Source: an uncultured Pseudomonadales bacterium (GTDB taxonomy: Bacteria; Patescibacteriota; Microgenomatia; UBA1400; PJMF01). Taken from it: a stretch of DNA of 64,000 bases. Numbering within the stretch: the stretch's first letter is position 1; each line of letters opens with the position of its first letter. The position numbers and the translations under genes were made by a program. The notes beneath the pieces are model-generated. The model made no database searches and had not been told where the DNA came from. It saw only the letters and a list, made by a program, of their open reading frames with translations. Positions 38,122 through 49,670 of this stretch are shown here, one piece after another. The DNA lies in assembly GCA_964437755.1 (NCBI GenBank), contig CAYTIA010000004.1, forward strand, positions 11,687 through 75,686, in the 5' to 3' direction.

Positions 38122-38565
38122 TTAAATTGGGTTGTATAAACTTGTCAAACAAAAATACTCTTGATCAGTAGCAGAACTATTCAGGTTTTCACATGAGGTA
38201 CCATCAGCATTGCCGTTGATAGTTTCTGTACGAGCGCAGACACAATAACCATAGGCTGCTGGCGTAGTGCAGGTATAGCTCATACCCGGCTTTGGATCGG
38301 TGGGAAACCCTCCGGGAAAATTGTCTTCATCAGCCATCATCGCAGCGCAGTTATAATTTCCATTTTCAAGATAATATTGCTCAAAACCTTGTTGAGCTGC
38401 CTTGATATCAGATTTTCTTCTTGAATCTCTACCTTTTTTTTGAGAAGAAGTTAATGAGGCAGTAAGTAAACCTAATAATATGGCAATTATCGAGATTACT
38501 ACCAATAGCTCTAGTAAAGTAAAGCCTTCATTTTTTTTATTGGACAGTTTTGTATGACAAATCAT
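38122..38565 (-). CDS. type IV pilin (paralog B)
   Basis: 147 aa. NEG|FTLLELLVVISIIAIL. Shares ...AAQQGFEQYY... and C-terminal YTC..AAYGYCVCA. Confidence 0.75.
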   Translation of the reverse strand: MICHTKLSNKKNEGFTLLELLVVISIIAILLGLLTASLTSSQKKGRDSRRKSDIKAAQQGFEQYYLENGNYNCAAMMADEDNFPGGFPTDPKPGMSYTCTTPAAYGYCVCARTETINGNADGTSCENLNSSATDQEYFCLTSLYNPI

Positions 38566-38578
38566 ATTTTTTATTAGA

Positions 38579-39574
38579 TTAATTAACCTTGACTATAACC
38601 AAGTTTTGCGGACTGTCATAGGACTCAATTTTACCCTCTTTAATTACTTTAAGTTTAGCATGATATTCACAACTAGCTGCTAAACATTGATATTGATGTT
38701 CAACCTGACCTCTCATGCCAACAAACTGTTCTTTTTTACCATCTCCAAAATCTAGCTCAACTTCAATTGACTCTTCCTCAATTTCATTTGAAAAAATGGT
38801 TTCAACTGAAGCAATGAACCTTTCCACAGGATCATCACTATCTAAATATCCTGTAAAACTAGTTTCAAGGCTCGGAGAAACAACGAAAGAAAAAACAACA
38901 GCTTGATTCTTTGAAACTTCTAAAATTCGATCAATTTTGTTGTAATATGGCTGAGTGCTAAAACTTAAAATAATTGGTCTATCCACACAAAACTCATTGC
39001 AATCTTGAGGACAATCAAGAGCCTCAAATTCCTGTAAACCCTGCCCAAGCTGCATGCTGGTATCACAACAAGAATAACCATAAGAAACACACTCGCTTGG
39101 AGGACCAGCAACCCCTGAAAAAACTGCGGGTTTACTAGAAGTAACTATTTCATCATCAAGAACTGTAACTGAACCAGTTCTTTTTAAAACAGTAAAATTC
39201 ATTCCTAATTCTTGACCCCAGCGAACACCAGACTTACCAGTTTGAACCATGACAAAAGGAGGTAGATCTTCTGTAATAACTTCAATTGGGGAATGCTCTC
39301 GCTGATTACAGACTACTTCCACCACATAAGAATTTGAGTCAGTAAATCTTAATTGAGTCACATGTACTATGCCTTTTTCATCCCGATCACTACCTTTAGA
39401 GGCACACTCTGTGGCATAGCTCTGAGTATGCTGAATATCCCTAACTTGTTTTAAGCTCTGCTTAACTTTTGAAGTTGTCATTGCCAGCATAACTTCACGG
39501 GTAATCAAAAATCCCAATCCCAAGACTAAAGCAAGAATAATTATTGAGGTTAATAAAGCTTTTATGACTCTCAT
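38579..39574 (-). CDS. pilus-cluster membrane-anchored Cys-rich protein of unknown function
   Basis: N-terminal transmembrane anchor (ALLTSIIILALVLGLGFLI), then an extracellular domain with CVSYGYSCCDTSM...DCPQDCNEFC. The ORF-track start (GTG at 39613) overlaps pilD by 43 nt. An internal ATG at 39574 overlaps the pilD TGA as ATGA, and I prefer that start (331 aa). Confidence 0.5.
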   Translation of the reverse strand: MRVIKALLTSIIILALVLGLGFLITREVMLAMTTSKVKQSLKQVRDIQHTQSYATECASKGSDRDEKGIVHVTQLRFTDSNSYVVEVVCNQREHSPIEVITEDLPPFVMVQTGKSGVRWGQELGMNFTVLKRTGSVTVLDDEIVTSSKPAVFSGVAGPPSECVSYGYSCCDTSMQLGQGLQEFEALDCPQDCNEFCVDRPIILSFSTQPYYNKIDRILEVSKNQAVVFSFVVSPSLETSFTGYLDSDDPVERFIASVETIFSNEIEEESIEVELDFGDGKKEQFVGMRGQVEHQYQCLAASCEYHAKLKVIKEGKIESYDSPQNLVIVKVN

Positions 39575-40464
39575 AATAGTTGCCAGTAAGCTTGCCAAAG
39601 ATCTGCTCCCCACGCTAGAGCAATTAAGGAACCTAACACTAAAAATGGACCGAATGAAATCATCTGACCAGTTTTAGCCCTGCGTGTTATTAATAAAATT
39701 ATGCCCCAAACTCCACCAATAATAAAGGTACAAAAAATTCCCACTGTTGCTAGTTTATAACCCAAAACCATTGCCAGAGGAAAAACTAGTTTTATGTCAC
39801 CCCAACCAAGACCATATTTTTTTAAGAAAAGCAAAGGAAGATAACGAAGCATCAAAAAAAATAATAATAAAAGTGTGGCAACAGCTAGATCATTGAAAAA
39901 AGATGCTTGGATATTAAACAGTTGTTCGCTCACAGCTTTCATCACTGCTACTAATCCCACTAACAAAACCAACTCATCAGGAATAATCATGTATTTTTGA
40001 TCAAAAAGTAATATCAACCAAAGAAAAATAATGAAGATAAGCAAAAAGAGAAAACTAAAAAGAGGATTGTTGAAATAAGCGGGTGTTGAGAGATGTAAAT
40101 AACCAACAAACACAAACAAAATACCTGTTAATAATTCTACCAAAGGATAATCCAAGCCAATCTTTATTTTACAAAAACGACATTTACCTCCTAACAACAG
40201 ATAAGAAAGCAAAGGAATGTTGTCATACCAGTGGATGTTTTTACCGCAACTCTGGCAATGTGATCGACCAGTTACCCAACTATTATTATTTAGGGATTTT
40301 TTTTGCTTTTTAACCAATACATCTTCGCTGTACTTTTCTTCAGATCGGTCAACAATCACCTTAAAAAAACTTCCAAAGAATAAACCAAACACAAATAAAA
40401 CTAAGTAAAAGAACAAAGGATAGTCGTAAAAAAATACAAAAGAATTAATTAGGGATTGAAACAT
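39571..40464 (-). CDS. pilD: prepilin peptidase (A24 family) PilD
   Basis: 297 aa. N-terminal CxxC...CxxC zinc motif (CQSCGKN...CRFCKIKI), polytopic membrane topology, catalytic Asp regions (LFDQKYMIIPD; GWGDIKL). Confidence 0.85.
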   Translation of the reverse strand: MFQSLINSFVFFYDYPLFFYLVLFVFGLFFGSFFKVIVDRSEEKYSEDVLVKKQKKSLNNNSWVTGRSHCQSCGKNIHWYDNIPLLSYLLLGGKCRFCKIKIGLDYPLVELLTGILFVFVGYLHLSTPAYFNNPLFSFLFLLIFIIFLWLILLFDQKYMIIPDELVLLVGLVAVMKAVSEQLFNIQASFFNDLAVATLLLLFFLMLRYLPLLFLKKYGLGWGDIKLVFPLAMVLGYKLATVGIFCTFIIGGVWGIILLITRRAKTGQMISFGPFLVLGSLIALAWGADLWQAYWQLL

Positions 40465-40503
40465 ATACTTAGTTTATCAAAATAGAGAAGGGGAAAGGTA
40501 AGC

Positions 40504-40531
40504 AAAAAAAGCCCCAGATTTTGTCTGGGGC
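40504..40531 (-). terminator. rho-independent terminator downstream of the major pilin gene
   Basis: On the minus strand there is a perfect 8-bp GC-rich stem (GCCCCAGA..TCTGGGGC) with a 5-nt loop, followed by UUUUUUU (the plus-strand A-run at 40504..40510). It lies about 30 nt after the pilin stop. Confidence 0.65.
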
Positions 40532-40560
40532 TAAAAATTTAATTTTATAACCTGCTTTTG

Positions 40561-41322
40561 TTATGGTAAGCAAACCATAGCTCCTGGGACATCTTTTAAA
40601 CCATCAAAAGTTTCTGTTGGATTGCAGATAAAGTTGGCAGCAGCTTCTTCTATATCAACTGGCAACCCGACTCCATAAGTATAATCTTCTCCTGGCTCAG
40701 CAGGGTCAGCGCATCTTTCTAGAGCTTGAGTGTCGAAGGCTCCAGATTGTGGCACAAAACAGACATATGTACTAGCACCAGGTAGACCATTATTATAAAG
40801 ATATAACGTTCTTCCAGCTCCGCTAGCAACTCTTCTAGTAAAACTTTCTTTCAGTTCTTGAGCACCCGCACAGTTTGCCACCCCCTCGCTACCGGTTGAT
40901 AGTCGAGTTAATATTGGACAGCCAGTGGCTGGAGGATCTTCCTGGGCAAATACATCACCAACCAACCAACCAAACATTCCTCCACCATTTAAGACAATAT
41001 TTGGAGTTGGTTCTTCAGGAACACCGCCCACAGCAGGAGTTGTCTCTGTTACCGGAACAGGATATCCGTCAGCATCCATAATGGCAATATTAGGATCATT
41101 GGCATCAATCTGCCAAGGGAAATAGCCCTGAAATGCATTGTATCGATCAATAGCACTCAACAACTGCTCTGCATCCGATTGCCTACCTGTGTCTCTACCT
41201 CTATTAATTTGCTCGATAGGATTAATTGCTGAAAGAACTGCAACTGCCAAAATACCAAGAATGGTAATGACGATCAACAGCTCGATCATGGTAAAACCTA
41301 ATTGACGATGGAGTCTTTTCAT
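40561..41322 (-). CDS. type IV major pilin candidate
   Basis: 253 aa. QLG|FTMIELLIVITILGILAVAV class III signal. It has its own strong terminator and elevated GC, which is consistent with high expression. It sits directly after pilC. Confidence 0.75.
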   Translation of the reverse strand: MKRLHRQLGFTMIELLIVITILGILAVAVLSAINPIEQINRGRDTGRQSDAEQLLSAIDRYNAFQGYFPWQIDANDPNIAIMDADGYPVPVTETTPAVGGVPEEPTPNIVLNGGGMFGWLVGDVFAQEDPPATGCPILTRLSTGSEGVANCAGAQELKESFTRRVASGAGRTLYLYNNGLPGASTYVCFVPQSGAFDTQALERCADPAEPGEDYTYGVGLPVDIEEAAANFICNPTETFDGLKDVPGAMVCLP

Positions 41323-41453
41323 ATTTCCTTTAATAATTTCTTTTAACTACTTATTAATAATTAACAGAAGTTCGGCAGAACTCCTATATCTAATTTATAA
41401 CAATTGAGCAGTTCAATGCAAGAGTCATTTCAAGATTAACAGATCAAAATCAC

Positions 41454-42656
41454 TTAAAATTGCGATGACAAACTATAGATTGGCATCATTATAGAGACAA
41501 CCATAAAACCAACTCCTGCTCCCAAGACAATCATAATTAACGGTTCAATTGCAGTTGTTAAGTTTTTAACCGCGTACTCACTTTCCTTTTCATAATACTC
41601 TGAAAGTTTAAAAAGAATTTCATCAATTCTTCCTGTTTCTTCACCAACTTGAATCATTTGCGGTAAAAGAGAGGGGAAAACTTCTTTAATCTCGATTGCT
41701 GCTGATAAACTCATTCCACGCTCAATCTCTTTCTTGGCTTCTTTGACTGCATCGCGATAAGTGACACTTTCAAGAGCATTGCCTACGATATCTAGTGCCT
41801 CTAGCAAAGAAACACCAGCACTCAATAGTAAAGACAAAGTCCTAGCGAACTCAGTTAGGATAATCTTTGTTCGCAAAACTCCATAAATCGGAATCTTATT
41901 AAGAAACTTGTCAAAGCTGTGTTCGCCCGCTTCAGTTTTAACCCAAGTTCTAAAAATCAAAAAAAATATAATTCCCACTATAAACATTGCCCACCAATAT
42001 TTTGCCATCAACCCTGAAACGCCCATTAAAATCCTGGTTGGTAGCGGTAAATCAGCCCCAAAATCTCGATACATTTCGGTTAACTGGGGCAGAACAAAAA
42101 CCATCATGATAAAACCAACTATCAACATTGCAAACAGCACAATGATGGGGTAGATCATTGCTCCTTTGGTTTTGGCAGCAAAATCTTTTTGTTTTTCAAG
42201 CGTCAGCGCTAGACGATCTAAAACTGAGTCAAGCACACCACCTATCTCTCCAGCTCGAACCAATTGAATATAAACCCTTGAAAAAACATCGGGGTGTTCT
42301 TTAAGAGCTTCAGCAAAACTCTTTCCACTTTCAACATCTTTAAGAATTTTTATCACCACCGCTGCCATTGCTGGCTTGGCTTGCTCTTGAAGTATAACTA
42401 AAGATGTTGCTAGTGGCAAGCCAGCGCCAATCATAGTTGACAACTGGCGAGTAAAGTTCACCAAATCGTCATCCTTGACCCCCATTAGTTTACTCTGGAT
42501 AAAACCAAAAGATCCCTCAGCAATAGGTCTAATGTTGATAATTAAAAGTGAGCGAGAAATTAAGGCGTTGGCAGCTTGATTGGTATTTTTGGCTTCTACC
42601 TTTCCCTTAATGGTTTCACCGTGTTCATTCTTTGCAGTGTATTTATAAATTGGCAT
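41454..42656 (-). CDS. pilC: type IV pilus platform protein PilC (GspF family)
   Basis: 400 aa. Two GspF repeats with three transmembrane helices. Confidence 0.85.
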   Translation of the reverse strand: MPIYKYTAKNEHGETIKGKVEAKNTNQAANALISRSLLIINIRPIAEGSFGFIQSKLMGVKDDDLVNFTRQLSTMIGAGLPLATSLVILQEQAKPAMAAVVIKILKDVESGKSFAEALKEHPDVFSRVYIQLVRAGEIGGVLDSVLDRLALTLEKQKDFAAKTKGAMIYPIIVLFAMLIVGFIMMVFVLPQLTEMYRDFGADLPLPTRILMGVSGLMAKYWWAMFIVGIIFFLIFRTWVKTEAGEHSFDKFLNKIPIYGVLRTKIILTEFARTLSLLLSAGVSLLEALDIVGNALESVTYRDAVKEAKKEIERGMSLSAAIEIKEVFPSLLPQMIQVGEETGRIDEILFKLSEYYEKESEYAVKNLTTAIEPLIMIVLGAGVGFMVVSIMMPIYSLSSQF

Positions 42657-42679
42657 ATGTACAAAGATATAATCTTTAT

Positions 42680-43738
42680 CTATCCCTCACCCAACAACCT
42701 CATCATCTCATTTGGTCTAAAAGCGTGTCTCATCGCAATTTCACGACTAACCAAACCCTGTTGAATTAGATGAATAAAGTGATTTTCAATTAGCATCATT
42801 CCTTGTTGACCAGAAGTTTGCAAAACATTATCAATTTGGAACGTTTTACCTTCTCTAATAAGATTACGAATAGCATCGTTAGCAAACATCAACTCAATGG
42901 CTGGAATTCTGCCCCCTCCTTGTCTTGGCACCAACCTTTGAGAAACAACCGCCACAACGGTGTTTGCCAACTGTTGACGTATTTGTCCTTGTTGCTCAGC
43001 TGGAAAAACATCAATAATTCTATCCATTGTTTGAGCAGCTGTTCCAGTATGTAAGGTCGCAAAAACAAGGTGACCTGTTTCTGCTACAGTAATCGCTGCT
43101 GCTATAGTTTCATGATCTCTCATCTCACCAACTAACACAACATCAGGATCTTCTCTTAAAGCAGCTCTTAGGGCTATGCCCCAATCTTGAGTATCGTGAT
43201 GCATCTCTCTTTGAGAGATTATACTTTTATCTGGTTGATATACATACTCAATTGGATCTTCAATTGTTAAGATATGTTCAGCGCGAGAATGATTTATCTG
43301 ATCAATCACTGCAGCCAAAGTGCTAGATTTACCCTCACCAGTTGGACCAGTGACTAACACAAAACCCTGTTTGTATTGAGAAAGTTTGTTTAAGTCTGGA
43401 GGAAGTGAAAGTTCCTCTATAGTTTTAATTCTTTGTGGAATTAAACGCAGGGCGGCTGCCCAACTTCCCTGAGAAAAATAGACATTAACCCTAAACCTAG
43501 CTTTTTTTTGAAATTGGTATCCTAAATCAAGCTCTTTATCTACTACTACCATCTCTTTTTGTTCTTCTGAGAGCAGGGGTTCTATTAATACACGAACCGA
43601 TTGTGAATCTAAAACAGGGGATCCTTCAACGGGTACGAGTTCTCCGTCAATTCTGAAATATGGTTGTGAGCCAACAATCAAATGAAGGTCTGATCCATCG
43701 AGTTCAACTAATTTTGCTAAAAGATCATAAATATTCAT
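42680..43738 (-). CDS. pilT: twitching-motility retraction ATPase PilT
   Basis: 352 aa. Walker A GPTGEGKS, Asp/His boxes and the PilT-specific length. No N-terminal GspE_N domain. Confidence 0.85.
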   Translation of the reverse strand: MNIYDLLAKLVELDGSDLHLIVGSQPYFRIDGELVPVEGSPVLDSQSVRVLIEPLLSEEQKEMVVVDKELDLGYQFQKKARFRVNVYFSQGSWAAALRLIPQRIKTIEELSLPPDLNKLSQYKQGFVLVTGPTGEGKSSTLAAVIDQINHSRAEHILTIEDPIEYVYQPDKSIISQREMHHDTQDWGIALRAALREDPDVVLVGEMRDHETIAAAITVAETGHLVFATLHTGTAAQTMDRIIDVFPAEQQGQIRQQLANTVVAVVSQRLVPRQGGGRIPAIELMFANDAIRNLIREGKTFQIDNVLQTSGQQGMMLIENHFIHLIQQGLVSREIAMRHAFRPNEMMRLLGEG

Positions 43739-43785
43739 ATGTTCGTCAAATAAGCTAATAATCTTTTATCATCTATTTATTTCTC

Positions 43786-45615
43786 TTAACGCTCCTCTGC
43801 AACTCTAAGTACCTCTTCAATTGTAGTGATTCCATCTAGAGCTTTCAAGTAACCATCTTGTTTCATTCTAACTAATCCTTGCTTCATGGCTTCTTCCTCA
43901 ATTTGATCTGATGTAGCGCTCTTGTTAACCAATGATTTTATTGATTCACTCATCTCCATCACTTCAAAAATACCAACTCGACCCCTATACTCGGGTTCTG
44001 TCTGAGGACGATTTTCTTTTGGTCTATGCAAAGTTATTTTATTTGGATCCTTGCTGTTTTGTTTGCACCAATCATCAAAATGAGATCCTAAAACATTTTT
44101 TATATCCTCAACAACTGCTTTGTCTGGCTCGTACTCCTCTTTATAATCAGGATTAATCACTCTTACCACCCTTTGTCCCATAGCTAAAATCATTGATGAA
44201 GAAAGTAAAAAAGGCTCAATACCCATATCAATTAATCTTGGAAGTGCACCCGCCGCAGAGTTTGCGTGAAGAGTAGAAAAGACCAAGTGACCAGTTAAAG
44301 ATGCTTGAACAGCAAGCTCAGCAGTTTCTTTATCTCTGATCTCTCCAACCATAATTACATCAGGATCTTGACGTAAAAATGATCTTAAACCTGTAGCAAA
44401 AGTTAATCCCGCTTGAGAATGAACCTGCACTTGAGTAATTCCTTTCATCTGATACTCAACAGGATCTTCCAAAGTCATAATATTAACTTTTGGAGTATTA
44501 ATAATGTTCAAAATTGAGTAGAGGCTAGTTGTTTTTCCAGATCCTGTTGGTCCTGTTACCAAAAAGATTCCATGAGGAATTTTTATTGCTTTTCTAACAT
44601 TTTGTAAGGCTAATCCTGTTAAGCCCAAGTCCTCAAGCTCTGGTACCGCCGCATTTTTTTTGAGTAAACGCATCACTACCTTTTCACCATGGATACTTGG
44701 CATCGTAGAAATACGCAAATCAACATCTTGATTATTAGATTGATAGTCAAATCTTCCATCCTGAGGAATTCTTTTTTCATCGATCTTAAGATCTGACATA
44801 ATCTTTACTCTTGAAACAACAGCATCATGAACTGATCTGGGCAAAACCAATTTTTCTAGAAGAATGCCATCAACTCTATATCTAACTCTAGTTTTTTCAA
44901 GTAAAGGCTCTATGTGAATATCTGAAGCTCTAGATTGAAGTGCATATTCCAAGATCGTATCAACTATTTTATTAATAGGAGCTGCCCTAATAAAACCACC
45001 CTGATGAGCTTCAAGAGCGCTAGCCTTTTTTGTTCCAATTTCAGTATTCTCCTCAATGGCGGCACTCACATCTCCAGATAAATCCTGAGCATAACGCTCA
45101 GTAATCATTCTTTTCACCTCTGAAGAAGAGGCATAATATAACTCTAGAGATGCTCCAGTCTTTTGCTCAATAAAATTGATTGCAGTTAAATTCAAAGGAT
45201 CGGCCATCGCCGCCTTAATAACATTCGTTTCTTTATCATAAGCAAAAGGTAAAACTTGATAGCGTTTAGCCACGCTTTCATCAATCATATTCATTGCTTC
45301 AGGCGATACACCTGTTTCGGCAACTGCAATAAAAGGAATGTTATTTAATTTTGCTTTGGCTTTGGTTAAGTTGATTTCAGAAACAAACTCACCATCTTTA
45401 ATAATCTGCTCAATTGGTTTATTGGTAGCTAGATAAACATTATTGATTTCCTGAGCCTGTTCTGTAGTAATATGCTGATTATCTACTAAAACCTTTAACA
45501 AACCCGTTACATTTGATCCTGTTTTTTGTAACAAAGAATCAGAATTTCCAAAAGAATAACTCTGGTTAGAACTAGATTGCAAAACTGGGGTTTGAGTTAA
45601 ATCTTGGGCAGACAT
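43786..45615 (-). CDS. pilB: type IV pilus assembly ATPase PilB (GspE family)
   Basis: 609 aa. N-terminal T2SSE_N-like domain, Walker A GPTGSGKT, Walker B/His box. No tetracysteine motif. Confidence 0.85.
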   Translation of the reverse strand: MSAQDLTQTPVLQSSSNQSYSFGNSDSLLQKTGSNVTGLLKVLVDNQHITTEQAQEINNVYLATNKPIEQIIKDGEFVSEINLTKAKAKLNNIPFIAVAETGVSPEAMNMIDESVAKRYQVLPFAYDKETNVIKAAMADPLNLTAINFIEQKTGASLELYYASSSEVKRMITERYAQDLSGDVSAAIEENTEIGTKKASALEAHQGGFIRAAPINKIVDTILEYALQSRASDIHIEPLLEKTRVRYRVDGILLEKLVLPRSVHDAVVSRVKIMSDLKIDEKRIPQDGRFDYQSNNQDVDLRISTMPSIHGEKVVMRLLKKNAAVPELEDLGLTGLALQNVRKAIKIPHGIFLVTGPTGSGKTTSLYSILNIINTPKVNIMTLEDPVEYQMKGITQVQVHSQAGLTFATGLRSFLRQDPDVIMVGEIRDKETAELAVQASLTGHLVFSTLHANSAAGALPRLIDMGIEPFLLSSSMILAMGQRVVRVINPDYKEEYEPDKAVVEDIKNVLGSHFDDWCKQNSKDPNKITLHRPKENRPQTEPEYRGRVGIFEVMEMSESIKSLVNKSATSDQIEEEAMKQGLVRMKQDGYLKALDGITTIEEVLRVAEER

Positions 45616-45647
45616 ATTATTATTTCACAATGTTATAAATCAAAACA

Positions 45648-45670
45648 AAACTCTTTTTTTTACAGAGTTT
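45648..45670. promoter_or_regulatory. perfect 7-bp inverted repeat (AAACTCT-N9-AGAGTTT) in the divergent pilB/holB promoter region
   Basis: Seen directly in the 123-bp intergenic region between divergently transcribed pilB and holB. The function (operator or RNA hairpin) is unknown. Confidence 0.2.
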
Positions 45671-45738
45671 ATGATTTTTGTTAGCATTGCTCATATATAA
45701 TAATGACACAATTTAGATAGAAATTAAAGGTCAACTGA

Positions 45739-46518
45739 ATGAATTTACAAACAAATACTATCAAATTGCCTCAAGAAAAAAAATCATTGCTAACCTCAGT
45801 TTTGCTAATTACTGAATCAAATATTTCTCAAACTGAGCAGTTGTTAAACTATCTCATTAAAAAAAGTTTAGTTCCTTTAAACTCAAGCTTTGATACTCTG
45901 GTGAATCTACCCAATATCCATCTTTACAACCAAGAAGGTACTGGTCTTAAAATTGAAACAGTTCGCAAAATCATTGAAGAGTGTAGCTTCTCAAATATTA
46001 ATAAACATATCAGAGTTATCTCAATCTTAAATGCCCAACAAAGCTCAAATCCAGCTCAGAATGCTCTTCTAAAGATAATAGAGGAACCACCCATTAACAC
46101 TCAAATAGTGTTAGTTACTTCACAACCCAGTCAAATTTTACCAACTATTCGCTCTCGTTGTATAGAAATTACTTTCTCCAACAAGCAAAAATTAAACATA
46201 AAAAAAACAACATCAGAAATTGAAGGCATTGCACAGGAATTAATAGATGAGTCAATCTTTTCTTTAAGTAGAGCTATCGAGATTGCAGATCAGTATAAAA
46301 AGAGAGAAGAAGCTCTACTCTTTACAAAAGATATTATTATTCATTTCCACTCTCAACTTAAAGTAATCTCCAACAGCAACCTTTCAAAAAAAACTATCTT
46401 TATTCTTGAAGAGTTTCTAAAAGCATATCAAGACTTACAAAAAAATTATAATTCTCAATTAACTTTAGAAAACTATCTCTTTAATATTGTGAGAAAGTAT
46501 CAAGTGCAGGTGAAATAA
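45739..46518 (+). CDS. holB: DNA polymerase III delta-prime subunit
   Basis: 259 aa. AAA+ clamp-loader fold with the delta-prime SRC-type motif (TIRSRCIEITF). Confidence 0.65.
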   Translation: MNLQTNTIKLPQEKKSLLTSVLLITESNISQTEQLLNYLIKKSLVPLNSSFDTLVNLPNIHLYNQEGTGLKIETVRKIIEECSFSNINKHIRVISILNAQQSSNPAQNALLKIIEEPPINTQIVLVTSQPSQILPTIRSRCIEITFSNKQKLNIKKTTSEIEGIAQELIDESIFSLSRAIEIADQYKKREEALLFTKDIIIHFHSQLKVISNSNLSKKTIFILEEFLKAYQDLQKNYNSQLTLENYLFNIVRKYQVQVK

Positions 46519-46640
46519 ACATCTAATTTGTTATAATGAAGAGTAATAATCGCCATCCCTCCTGCCTCACGTTTGCACAGAAATCAAAGATGTGATACAA
46601 GTTATGGTTCTAAGATTTGTTGTGTTTTGTATTACTTTAA

Positions 46641-48701
<2,061 letters not shown>

Positions 48702-48719
48702 ATAATTATTGCCAGCACT

Positions 48720-49664
48720 ATGTCAATCACATACATCATTGGCCATCAAAAACCAGACACAGATAGTGTTGTGTCAGCCATGGCACTAGAATTTTTATAT
48801 CAACAAGCAACTTGTTTTGGCTATAGCAATCCAAAAGCTATCGTCGCTGATCCAATTAACGGAGAAACTGCATATCTATTCGAACGATTTAATATTCAGC
48901 CACCATCTGTTTTGTCATCATCTATTAATCCAGAAGACCAAGTTGTTTTAGTAGATCATAACGAAGTTTCTCAAAGATCAACATTTTTTGAGGAAGAACA
49001 GATTGTTGAAATTGTGGACCACCACAAAGTCAATTTAAATCTCAGCAACCCTATTTTCCTAACCTTTAAAACCTGGGGATCATCAAGTTCTATCATCTAC
49101 TTTTTAATGAAGCGCTCTGGAGTAATTCCAAATAAAAAGATTGCTTCACTAATGTTAGCCGCAATCCTATCAGACACAGTTGGACTTAAATCTCCAACTA
49201 CTTGTAAACAAGATAAAAAATTCGCCAAAGAACTTGCTAAAATTGCTGAGATTAATGATCTAGATGCATTTGCCCTTGATATTTTTAAAGCAAAATCAGA
49301 CATCAGCAAACTTTCACCAATCCAAATAGTAAAAAACGATTACAAGCTCTTCGATTTTACCTACCCAACATTTATCGGGCAAATCGAAACTGTTGAGCAA
49401 GAACCATTACTTAAAAACAAAAAACAGGAACTTCTTTCCGCCATGGATGAGGTTAAAAAAGCAGAAAAGGTAAAATATCTATTTTTAGCTGTGACAGATA
49501 TTTTAAAAGTAAATACCAAATTAGTTATTTTAGGTGAAGATGAACAACAGATCGCCGAAAAAGCATTTGGAGGCTCAACTAAAGATAGTATTCTAGACAT
49601 AGGAGCAAAATTAAGCAGAAAAAAAGAGATAGCTCCAGCTATTGAAACTGCAATGAAAAAATAA
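48720..49664 (+). CDS. ppaC: manganese-dependent inorganic pyrophosphatase (family II, DHH-DHHA2)
   Basis: 314 aa. HQKPDTDSVVSAMA, LVDHNE and DHH (VDHHK) motifs. Similar to family II PPases across its full length. Confidence 0.8.
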   Translation: MSITYIIGHQKPDTDSVVSAMALEFLYQQATCFGYSNPKAIVADPINGETAYLFERFNIQPPSVLSSSINPEDQVVLVDHNEVSQRSTFFEEEQIVEIVDHHKVNLNLSNPIFLTFKTWGSSSSIIYFLMKRSGVIPNKKIASLMLAAILSDTVGLKSPTTCKQDKKFAKELAKIAEINDLDAFALDIFKAKSDISKLSPIQIVKNDYKLFDFTYPTFIGQIETVEQEPLLKNKKQELLSAMDEVKKAEKVKYLFLAVTDILKVNTKLVILGEDEQQIAEKAFGGSTKDSILDIGAKLSRKKEIAPAIETAMKK

Positions 49665-49670
49665 GAAAAC

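Noticed and set aside
40561-41322. Horizontal acquisition of the major pilin gene, suggested by its elevated GC relative to neighbours.
   Set aside because: The GC excess can be explained by amino-acid composition (Gly, Ala and Pro rich) and by high expression. There are no flanking mobility signatures.
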